From a virus (taxonomy: Duplodnaviria > Caudoviricetes), in the IMG/VR virus record IMGVR_UViG_3300025066_000112, positions 1 through 29,517 of that record: a stretch of 29,517 bases of DNA. One strand, given 5' to 3'. This document shows positions 1 to 6,284 of this stretch, in pieces. The position numbers were made by a program, and so were the translations under genes. The notes under the pieces are model-generated. The model worked only from the letters and a program-made list of their open reading frames with translations. It was not told where the DNA came from and made no database searches. The stretch's first letter is position 1. Each line of letters starts with the position of its first letter.

Positions 1-11
1 GACCCGTCCCT
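1..11. repeat. Left copy of 11-bp terminal direct repeat GACCCGTCCCT; probable cohesive end (cosN)
   Basis: Identical to 29507-29517; the junction lies ~45 bp upstream of terS in a GpA-type terminase phage; cosQ-like GGGTCCT 20 bp away. Confidence 0.75.
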
Positions 12-154
12 CTCGGGGAAAAACCCCAGGGAGGACCCACAACCAACCCCCAAATGGTCAAAAAGACACACACAAGCACTCCAAGGGTAAATAAACAACC
101 CAACCCAAAGGCTAGGCATATCATTCCCGGCCCGTTGAGGGGTCTAGGAGACAT
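1..154 (-). CDS. 5' part of a 66-aa hydrophobic protein spanning the terminal junction (continues 29506 to 29460)
   Basis: GGAGG 6 nt before ATG at 154; hand translation through the collapsed 11-mer: MSPRPLNGPGMICLAFGLGCLFTLGVLVCVFLTIWGLVVGPPWGFSPRGTGLHDFFRKSHLTLVDQ; TGA overlaps the terS ATG. Confidence 0.6.
   Translation of the reverse strand, partial: MSPRPLNGPGMICLAFGLGCLFTLGVLVCVFLTIWGLVVGPPWGFSPRGTG
32..38 (-). promoter_or_regulatory. cosQ-like packaging termination site
   Basis: Minus strand reads GGGTCCT, identical to lambda cosQ, on the same side of the cos element and at similar distance. Confidence 0.6.
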
Positions 155-665
155 TTTTATCCTCCAAAGGGGTGGATTCCACCCGGCCTTTTAAAAAAGC
201 CTCTAGCGTGGCGTTGTGGGCAATTTCCCGGAGCGGGGTAGCTTCCCGGAGTAGAAGGCTTTGCGTTTCATAATCAATTTGGCTTGTAACGTCTTGATGG
301 TTGCTTCCGCTTGGTCCAGGCGGTGGGACATTTCCTTGTTGCTCATTGGTTAGGTATCCTTCGTGACAACTTCTTTTAAAGTTTTTCTCTTGATGCCGCA
401 ACCCCCTCCTTATCGACGCACCGTTAACACTCAACGCGCATCCCTTAATCCACACCTCAACCCCGCCTCGGAATAGGAACGGGCGGAGGCTCTTAATGTC
501 CTCGGGTTCCATCATGGTGGGCAGACGCTTGGCACGGGCAACCCGGCCCGGGCGGAATTTACCGTCTGCGTCCACTAGCCCAGCCTCGAGGGTAACACGG
601 TAATCAATCACTGCCTGTTCAATCACTGCCAAGGCTAATACCCTAAAGTTCCATCCATCATCCAT
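144..665 (-). CDS. Hypothetical protein, possible late transcription regulator
   Basis: 173-aa ORF overlapping the upstream gene end; N-terminal LALAVIEQAVIDY segment; last early gene before cos. Function inferred from position only. Confidence 0.6.
   Translation of the reverse strand: MDDGWNFRVLALAVIEQAVIDYRVTLEAGLVDADGKFRPGRVARAKRLPTMMEPEDIKSLRPFLFRGGVEVWIKGCALSVNGASIRRGLRHQEKNFKRSCHEGYLTNEQQGNVPPPGPSGSNHQDVTSQIDYETQSLLLREATPLREIAHNATLEAFLKGRVESTPLEDKNVS
171..183. promoter_or_regulatory. Palindromic operator GGTGGATTCCACC, copy 1
   Basis: Exact 13-mer palindrome also at 5191, 5226 and 6249. Confidence 0.7.
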
Positions 666-1308
666 CCAGCATCCGGTCCTCTATCTCCTTTATCTTTGCT
701 TTGAGTTCCCTGGCCTCCCGCCGGTCCTTGGGGTCTGAGTATTGCAACCCACCCACCGGGTCCTCATGTCCCCGGTATCGGACTGCCTTAAGCCTGTCCT
801 CCAATATCTCCCGCTTAATCTTCAACTCAGAGATAAACAACCTGGGAGGAGGCTTGCCATTGGTAGGCTTGGAAGGGGGGGTGGGTGAGGGGGGTGCAAC
901 GGCACCACTACCCCCCCCCCTCCTCTTCTCTCTATACTCTATACTCTTTAATAGAGTACCATTTGTAGTCAAGTTGTGGTCAAGTTGTGGTACCGTTTGT
1001 AGTCCATTTGTGGTACCGATATGGTACCGCATGGCACTTTTGATACTGTATTTGTTGGCTAATCTGCCCCCCCGTTTTTGCACCGAGATTGCACTTTTTT
1101 GCGATAGTTCACGAACGGAACGCATGCATTTACGTTTCTCAAGTTTAAGTGTATAACTCATGTTCTCGTAGCTCAACTCAAACCAATCAACCCATCGGTG
1201 GTAGTTGTTTAGGTTCATTAGGTGGAACATTACAGCTATCGAATCGGGACTGAATTGCTTCTCCCGGTGGAGTCTCCAAAAGCCGTTAATAAGGTCAATG
1301 TAAGTCAT
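658..1308 (-). CDS. Phage replication initiator / replisome organiser with N-terminal winged helix
   Basis: HTH-like N-terminus, internal iteron-like repeats, G/P-rich linker, located in the replication module. Confidence 0.7.
   Translation of the reverse strand: MTYIDLINGFWRLHREKQFSPDSIAVMFHLMNLNNYHRWVDWFELSYENMSYTLKLEKRKCMRSVRELSQKSAISVQKRGGRLANKYSIKSAMRYHIGTTNGLQTVPQLDHNLTTNGTLLKSIEYREKRRGGGSGAVAPPSPTPPSKPTNGKPPPRLFISELKIKREILEDRLKAVRYRGHEDPVGGLQYSDPKDRREARELKAKIKEIEDRMLDG
956..1036. repeat. Iteron-like ~11-bp tandem repeats; putative replication origin
   Basis: Units CCATTTGTAGT, CAAGTTGTGGT (x2), CCGTTTGTAGT, CCATTTGTGGT, ACCGATATGGT inside the initiator gene, next to an AT-rich CTCTATA repeat; same layout as lambdoid origins. 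Confidence 0.65.
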
Positions 1309-1640
1309 CCTAACTGCCTGAACCTCTCCTTTAGCCTCTCATACTCCCGGGCCAACCGTGGCTCCGTCTCGCATAGGTTGCGGACATTGCGGCACCCATT
1401 AATCACCGTCTGATGGTTGCGCTTAAACACCTCTCCTATCTCCCTTAATAATGCACCCTCGTCCCGGGCCAAACTCATTGCAACGTGTCGAGGCCAAACC
1501 AGGTCCGCCCAACGTCTCGCCCCAACTATATCCTCCACGGTGTAGCCATAGTGGTTTGATATTGCTTGCAGGATGGTAGCAATCCGCTTGAGCCTTGCCT
1601 TATGGTTATTAGCACCCAGGTTGACCATTCCCACTTTCAT
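1305..1640 (-). CDS. Stand-alone DnaA C-terminal (domain IV)-like HTH protein
   Basis: YGYTVEDIVGARR...PRHVAMSLAR...LREIGEVFKRNHQTVI matches the Bac_DnaA_C pattern. Confidence 0.85.
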   Translation of the reverse strand: MKVGMVNLGANNHKARLKRIATILQAISNHYGYTVEDIVGARRWADLVWPRHVAMSLARDEGALLREIGEVFKRNHQTVINGCRNVRNLCETEPRLAREYERLKERFRQLG

Positions 1641-1848
1641 TATTTAAAACCTCCTCCAGGGCACACGCATAAAAAAACTGGTCTATCGCCTCCATCTTCA
1701 TCTCCTTGACCAACTGCAATGGTTTGAGCCGGCAAAGGTGGGTCAACCCTTCCGGGTTGTGTTCCTCTATCCCTGCCGTGAACTTGGCAAACGCCTCCTC
1801 TTGGAACTTGGCCAAGGCTGCCTCTCTTAATTGTTCATCCGTTAACAT
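1609..1848 (-). CDS. Small helical protein, possibly MazG-like NTP pyrophosphohydrolase fold
   Basis: 79 aa; EMKMEAIDQFFY resembles the EExxD..Y motif; weak. Confidence 0.5.
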   Translation of the reverse strand: MLTDEQLREAALAKFQEEAFAKFTAGIEEHNPEGLTHLCRLKPLQLVKEMKMEAIDQFFYACALEEVLNNESGNGQPGC

Positions 1849-2354
1849 TGGCTTGGTTGTGTAAGTCCGTAGTGCATCAATAGCACGGCATCTGCCGTCT
1901 TGAGTGTTATCGTGATGTCAGGGTAAAGCACTTGGGCTGCCTCCTTAAGTGCCCTCTTCCATGCTGCCTGTTCCATCCCCTTCTCCTTCTTCAACCCAAG
2001 TGCCCCTTGCCAAGCCTGGGGACGTACCAGGACGGTGTTAATATACAGAGACGACAGAACACCCTGGACAACTCCACAAGACTCACCCAGGCGGAACATA
2101 CGGGACCCGGGGAGGTTCTTGCCGGCATAGGGTGGCACGTCCTCCAGGTAGGCAACGGAGAGACAATCAGGGTGGGTTATCCTCTCAAACAAATCCCTAA
2201 CAGCATCAACCACGGGAGGCATCGGGAAGGTTAGTACCTCCCGGCCTACATAATGAACCGCAACCCCCCCCGAGACTCCCGGGTCAATGCCTATAATAAC
2301 CTTGCCCTCCCTGTACTTTTCCAATGGTGGTAAATTTTCTAATGTGCTAATCAT
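1842..2354 (-). CDS. ruvC: RuvC-like Holliday junction resolvase
   Basis: IIGIDPG, YLEDV, VRPQAWQ and ADAVLL motifs; start placed at MISTLEN (2354) from the duplicated ATGATTAGC. Confidence 0.8.
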   Translation of the reverse strand: MISTLENLPPLEKYREGKVIIGIDPGVSGGVAVHYVGREVLTFPMPPVVDAVRDLFERITHPDCLSVAYLEDVPPYAGKNLPGSRMFRLGESCGVVQGVLSSLYINTVLVRPQAWQGALGLKKEKGMEQAAWKRALKEAAQVLYPDITITLKTADAVLLMHYGLTQPSQC

Positions 2355-2379
2355 TCCACTTGTCATTGTATATTAAAAG

Positions 2380-2454
2380 AGCGTTAAGGTGTTCAAAGCC
2401 CGAATAATGCAATCCGGCGTATACAGTTCTCCTGTATCTCTATTCCTTAACGCT
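2380..2454 (-). ncRNA. Predicted three-way-junction structured RNA element
   Basis: 10-bp perfect inverted repeat AGCGTTAAGG/CCTTAACGCT enclosing ATACAG-N5-CTGTAT and GCCGGA...TTCGGGC hairpins. Confidence 0.45.
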
Positions 2455-2704
2455 AATTTCTCTTTGGCCATTGTTTAAGAAGTTTCTTTATATGCTTACG
2501 GGCTTTAGTTATGTCTATATTACGAGGGCTTCTATGACCGCTGTAAAGATAATCGCTTTTAGCTATATTTATTTCTTTACTTAGTTTTTTATCAGAAAAC
2601 TTACTATCTAACTTAATGTTATTTCTTATTAGATAACTAGCTACTTCTTCATATATAACATATACAGATAACTTTTTAGGATGCGTATAAAATTGTGATG
2701 ACAT
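2453..2704 (-). CDS. Lysine-rich orphan protein (cassette cargo)
   Basis: 83-aa ORF filling the AT-rich island; no family recognised. Confidence 0.65.
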   Translation of the reverse strand: MSSQFYTHPKKLSVYVIYEEVASYLIRNNIKLDSKFSDKKLSKEINIAKSDYLYSGHRSPRNIDITKARKHIKKLLKQWPKRN

Positions 2705-2720
2705 AATGTTTTCTAGCTAA

Positions 2721-3137
2721 TCATATAAACAACCCCCCAACCTTATCCATGGGCACCAACACTCCCCGGCTTGCGTTGTAGTCGCCCCCAACCGTTACCC
2801 GGCCAATGCCCTCCTTAACCATCTCCCGTAACCTCTCCCGTAACCTCTCCGTTGATAGTAGGAGTGCCCCGTGCCGAGTGCCGTTTAAACTCAATAAATG
2901 AATCCACCACTCGGCCTTGGTGGTGATAAACCCCGAGGGTTTCCCCTTAAATTCAAACTCAAAAAATAGGTTGCCGGTGGAGTGCCACAAGTCCCTTTCG
3001 GTCTTAACCTCCACCAGCAACCCGTTACTTTCCCCACACCCCTTGCAGGACCATTGAGAGTCAAGGAGGTGGCGCAACCACTCCTCTCCCTCCTGGCCAA
3101 AGGCCAAGTCCAAATCAAATGCAGGTTGGCTTGGCAT
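2721..3137 (-). CDS. PD-(D/E)XK-like nuclease-fold protein
   Basis: GQEGEE and VEVKTERD...TGNLFFEF motifs, plus a CxxC pair. Confidence 0.7.
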   Translation of the reverse strand: MPSQPAFDLDLAFGQEGEEWLRHLLDSQWSCKGCGESNGLLVEVKTERDLWHSTGNLFFEFEFKGKPSGFITTKAEWWIHLLSLNGTRHGALLLSTERLRERLREMVKEGIGRVTVGGDYNASRGVLVPMDKVGGLFI

Positions 3138-3775
3138 TACCCAATCTTATCCCAAATCTCGCCCAACAATTCCACGTCCCGTTTGGCATATTCCATTGCC
3201 GCCTTTTGGTCCGCTATCATGTTCCGCCAAAAGTCGGACCCCTTGCCCGTCTTACCGTCCAGGCCCAAGTGCTTGGCCAAGTTGTTTAGGCTAATACGAT
3301 TTTGTGATTCCATGCGGTATGTCCCCAAGGTCCATAACTCCATAAGGTCGACAAACTTGTCCCGCCAATATTTCTGGTGGCGGAGTTGGGACGGAACATG
3401 GACCCCAAGCGCATAGGCTCGACGAATCAGATAAGGCACGTCAAAGGTTAAGATATTAAACCCCACCAACCGTGTCTCTGAATTGATGTGCCCCATGAAG
3501 CACTCCAATATTGCCGCCTCATTGGAGTCGTTTGGGTTGGGTCCGTAATGGTCCACAACAACCTCCCCGTCTGTTCCAGCCTTGTAAGCAACGGACCAGA
3601 CTCGGCTTGTGAATGCGTTAAGGGTGGTATTCTTCATCCACCCATCCCGCTTGGCAGCCAAGTCCGCCTCAATCTTCACCGGGTCCCTCAACCCTTTCCG
3701 CGCCTCAAAGGTTGGCCTCCTCTCATCCAGTTCCGTGTCCGACAAAGGGCCGGTTTCTATGTCAAAGAATGTCAT
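3137..3775 (-). CDS. DEDDy 3'-5' exonuclease (DnaQ/PolB-exo-like)
   Basis: FFDIETG (ExoI), GFNILTFDVPYL (ExoII), YAKRDV (ExoIII). Confidence 0.85.
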   Translation of the reverse strand: MTFFDIETGPLSDTELDERRPTFEARKGLRDPVKIEADLAAKRDGWMKNTTLNAFTSRVWSVAYKAGTDGEVVVDHYGPNPNDSNEAAILECFMGHINSETRLVGFNILTFDVPYLIRRAYALGVHVPSQLRHQKYWRDKFVDLMELWTLGTYRMESQNRISLNNLAKHLGLDGKTGKGSDFWRNMIADQKAAMEYAKRDVELLGEIWDKIG

Positions 3776-3777
3776 GG

Positions 3778-4653
3778 CTAAAATGGGACATCATCGTCCT
3801 CCAGGGGTTTAACGTCTGCCGTGGCTACTGCCACAACGTCTTGGACCATTTGCCCAACACCCTCCAAGCCGTCCAGCTTATAGCCTTCTAGCATCCGGTT
3901 TAACTCAATGTCCGAGTCCCACAACGAGCCGTCCTCCTTGGGCTTGATTGTCCGCTTGGGCAGCCACTCTAGATATTGTGGGTCCTCCTCGGCTATGTCC
4001 CCGAGGGTCTTGCCCTTGTGCTTGCCAAAACCAAGGGTGTGGGCAAACCACTCGCCCTTGACCGGCAAGTCCCCAATGGGGGTGGTTGTTTGGTGGTTGT
4101 TTGTTGGTTCTCCCTTGCCCACCTCCGCCACCTCCACCGTCTTGGGTGCCTCCCTTTTGGGTGGTTGCTTGGTGGTTTTTTGGGTGGTTGTTTGCTGGTT
4201 GCCTTTGGCCACCTCCACCCCACTCATCTCCTCTGCCGGGGTGGTCATTAAGCCGGCATCCATGAGGGTCACAACGTGGCTAAATGCGGAACGACAAGCC
4301 CGGGAGATGCCACGGGTTTGGGCCATGGCGCGTTTGGCAAACTCGGGACGCTTTGCCCACATCTGCTCATCGTCACCAACAAACCCGTAACCGGTGGACA
4401 ACACCATGCCGTCACTCATCCGCTTAACATACCCCTTGGCCTGGACTCCTCCGTCCACTACCTGGGGTTCCTCTGCTCCTGCAACACACCCGTGGGCAGT
4501 TGCAATGCTCTGCCACCCTTCCACGCAAACATAATTTTTGCCCTGGATGGGGTGTGCTGTTTTTTTGACTATCTCCCGGCAAACGCCGGCAACGTCACTG
4601 CTCTGCCGCATTAATTCGGCAGGGTTTTCTCTAACTAGTGCATTTGTTTCCAT
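3778..4653 (-). CDS. Putative single-strand annealing/recombination protein with FGKHKG domain and acidic tail
   Basis: Start METNAL after AAGGAG; AMAQTRGISRA core, FGKHKGKTL...YLEWL motif, C-terminal DDDVPF; adjacent to exonuclease. Confidence 0.6.
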   Translation of the reverse strand: METNALVRENPAELMRQSSDVAGVCREIVKKTAHPIQGKNYVCVEGWQSIATAHGCVAGAEEPQVVDGGVQAKGYVKRMSDGMVLSTGYGFVGDDEQMWAKRPEFAKRAMAQTRGISRACRSAFSHVVTLMDAGLMTTPAEEMSGVEVAKGNQQTTTQKTTKQPPKREAPKTVEVAEVGKGEPTNNHQTTTPIGDLPVKGEWFAHTLGFGKHKGKTLGDIAEEDPQYLEWLPKRTIKPKEDGSLWDSDIELNRMLEGYKLDGLEGVGQMVQDVVAVATADVKPLEDDDVPF

Positions 4654-4689
4654 TTTGTTTTGTCTCCTTTCGGAATAAATTCTGCGACG

Positions 4690-4772
4690 AAAAGAACCGG
4701 GCAGCCCATGCCCATTTAACCGCCCCCTCCGCCGCAAGGGGCAACCCGGCAACACACCGGGGACGATGGGCT
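4690..4772 (-). ncRNA. Predicted structured leader RNA (three-way junction with alternative terminator-like hairpin)
   Basis: GCCCAT/ATGGGC closes CCCGG-N7-CCGGG and TTGCCCCTT-N7-AGGGGGCGG; competing GGGCA-N5-TGCCC hairpin followed by GGTTCTTTT. Confidence 0.4.
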
Positions 4773-4814
4773 AATTAAACAGGAACTCATTTCCTAACCA
4801 ACGCCTCCCCAAAA

Positions 4815-5012
4815 TTATCTCCAACCAAAGAGGAGGAGGCTAACGATGGTGCCCATGGTGCCCATGGCAAACATTGCAAACCACACCTTACACACCAGGG
4901 AGTCCCCCATCCGTTCCACTCTTTTCCGCTTGTTTTCCAATTGGAAAACGTTGGAAACCTTGCTTGGTTTTTGGGCGGCAACTAACGCCACCGTTAATGT
5001 TGCTTGTCTCAT
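4815..5012 (-). CDS. Small membrane protein
   Basis: 65 aa with C-terminal hydrophobic helix; ATGA overlap with xis-like gene. Confidence 0.55.
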   Translation of the reverse strand: MRQATLTVALVAAQKPSKVSNVFQLENKRKRVERMGDSLVCKVWFAMFAMGTMGTIVSLLLFGWR

Positions 5013-5179
5013 GCTTTTACTTGAATGGTTCTTTCCTCTCTAAATTTGTCTAAATCAATTCGGTTAAATCGGTGGGTCCTATAGCCATAACGGACCACGG
5101 GAATTACCCTTGCCCGGACCCAACTCCGGAGCCGGCTAACCGGCACACCTAAATAATCCGCTGCCTCCTTGTAAGTCAT
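5009..5179 (-). CDS. xis: Excisionase-like (HTH_17/MerR-type) DNA-binding protein, absent from ORF track
   Basis: Hand translation MTYKEAADYLGVPVSRLRSWVRARVIPVVRYGYRTHRFNRIDLDKFREERTIQVKA (56 aa); ATGA overlaps at both ends. Confidence 0.8.
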   Translation of the reverse strand: MTYKEAADYLGVPVSRLRSWVRARVIPVVRYGYRTHRFNRIDLDKFREERTIQVKA

Positions 5180-5382
5180 CGCTTGCGATAGGTGGATTCC
5201 ACCCTAGTTGTTTTTTTTGGGGGGCGGTGGATTCCACCCTTGGTAAAAAAGGGGAGGCCCTTCTCAATCGCAATCCGTGCCACGGAGGAAACGCTCCGGT
5301 CCTCTTTCGTTGCAATTGCCTCCAACTGCCCCTTTAACGTCTCGTTTATCCGTATGCCTAAATGTTGAGTTTCTATTATCAT
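5176..5382 (-). CDS. Ribbon-helix-helix (Arc/CopG-like) regulator
   Basis: HLGIRINETLKGQLEAIATKEDRSVSSVARIAIEKGL fits the RHH pattern; start at MIIET is inferred. Confidence 0.8.
   Translation of the reverse strand: MIIETQHLGIRINETLKGQLEAIATKEDRSVSSVARIAIEKGLPFFTKGGIHRPPKKTTRVESTYRKR
5191..5238. promoter_or_regulatory. Operator pair GGTGGATTCCACC (5191-5203 and 5226-5238)
   Basis: Two exact palindromes 35 bp apart, directly upstream of the xis-like gene. Confidence 0.75.
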
Positions 5383-5395
5383 ATTAACCAAAAAA

Positions 5396-6028
5396 CTATT
5401 GCCCACCTTGTCCCTTAATTATGTCGATGGTAAGCATCTCGCTCCCCAACTTTTCATTGATGCCTTGAGCCTTAATGCCGGCTGCCTTCTCCCAATCTGC
5501 TTGCCATGTTATCCACTGCAAAACCTCCATTTTACCGGCATCAACTGCCGTGTCTATGAATCCACCCCGGAGTGCTGGGTTCCAATCCCTAAACTCCAGG
5601 CTATTCCTAATTTTAGAACGCTCAAGACATAGCGAGTTATCATGGATTAGCCCCAAGGCTATTTGCCAATTTTCGTCCAGCCATGCCTTGTTTTCTAACG
5701 TGTCCTCGGCCTTGATTGCCCTAGTTTGCCATGCTCCCTTTTCGGCAATCAGTCCGTTAATGGTTGCGCGGTCAGCGGAACGGCAGCCATCGCAAGCTTG
5801 CTCAATCAATTCCTTAACAGAGTGCCCCCCATGGAAAACGCTGCCAACGTGCCAATTATGGTAATTGGTGGATGCCCACGTTGATAGACACACAAAAACT
5901 GCCAACCCCGCGCCTAGCCAAAAAGCCTGTTTAAAGGTGAGGGTCCGTTGGACCCTTTCGGCCATGTTATCTGTTACAATGTGATGGGCGGATAATTGCG
6001 CCCCCTTTATTTTTTCTTGTTCTTCCAT
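5396..6028 (-). CDS. Membrane-anchored protein in control region; superinfection-exclusion candidate
   Basis: 210 aa with a single hydrophobic segment FWLGAGLAVFVCLSTWA; role inferred from position. Confidence 0.6.
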   Translation of the reverse strand: MEEQEKIKGAQLSAHHIVTDNMAERVQRTLTFKQAFWLGAGLAVFVCLSTWASTNYHNWHVGSVFHGGHSVKELIEQACDGCRSADRATINGLIAEKGAWQTRAIKAEDTLENKAWLDENWQIALGLIHDNSLCLERSKIRNSLEFRDWNPALRGGFIDTAVDAGKMEVLQWITWQADWEKAAGIKAQGINEKLGSEMLTIDIIKGQGGQ

Positions 6029-6195
6029 TTTTGAATGTCCTTTGGTTCCTTTTTTCTTAACTCCCCAATCAAAAACTCCACCAACTCGGTCCGAGTTAGT
6101 CCATGCTCTTCCGCAACTGCCTTGAGGACTTCCATGTCAGTCTCCCAAATCCAGGCGCGTAAGGCTGCCTTTTTGTCATCCCGTATATTAGGAAT
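6007..6195 (-). CDS. Second RHH-type regulator with apparent ATT start; candidate repressor
   Basis: Hand translation (M)PNIRDDKKAALRAWIWETDMEVLKAVAEEHGLTRTELVEFLIGELRKKEPKDIQKWKNKKK; GGAGGG 5 nt before ATT; in-frame stop 10 codons upstream with no canonical start between. Confidence 0.65.
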   Translation of the reverse strand: MPNIRDDKKAALRAWIWETDMEVLKAVAEEHGLTRTELVEFLIGELRKKEPKDIQKWKNKKK

Positions 6196-6237
6196 GGCGA
6201 CCCTCCGTTGTTCCTGCCTTTGTCATGTACGGAGAGA

Positions 6238-6266
6238 CAATTAACCCCGGTGGATTCCACCGTCAA
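6238..6266 (-). promoter_or_regulatory. Sigma70-like promoter with operator in the spacer
   Basis: TTGACG-N17-TAATTG (imperfect -10) preceded by an A-tract; CGGTGGATTCCACCG palindrome at 6248-6262. Confidence 0.6.
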
Positions 6267-6284
6267 CCCTTTTTTTACCATTTT

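Larger units (their letters stand above)
2346..2724. mobile_element. AT-rich inserted cassette flanked by GCTAATCAT direct repeats
   Basis: GCTAATCAT at 2346-2354 and 2716-2724, each with TTTTCTA just to its left; interior visibly AT-rich; removing 370 bp restores an ATGA overlap between the flanking genes. Confidence 0.7.

Noticed and set aside
956-1036. CRISPR-like mini array
   Set aside because: Units are contiguous ~11-mers without spacers; better explained as iterons
2380-2454. Integron attC site or hammerhead/twister ribozyme
   Set aside because: GTT/AAC ends are in the opposite order to attC (RYYYAAC...GTTRRRY), and ribozyme core nucleotides are not matched
2823-2851. 12-bp tandem repeat CTCCCGTAACCT
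   Set aside because: Encodes the helical ERLRERLRE segment; no other evidence of function
4080-4220. GGTGGTTG-rich repeats
   Set aside because: Low-complexity T/Q/K/P protein linker; not a CRISPR array or iteron set
6035-6281. ORF-track entries 6035..6244 (+) and 6096..6281 (-)
   Set aside because: Shadow frames of the RHH gene at 6007-6195 and its promoter; no motifs
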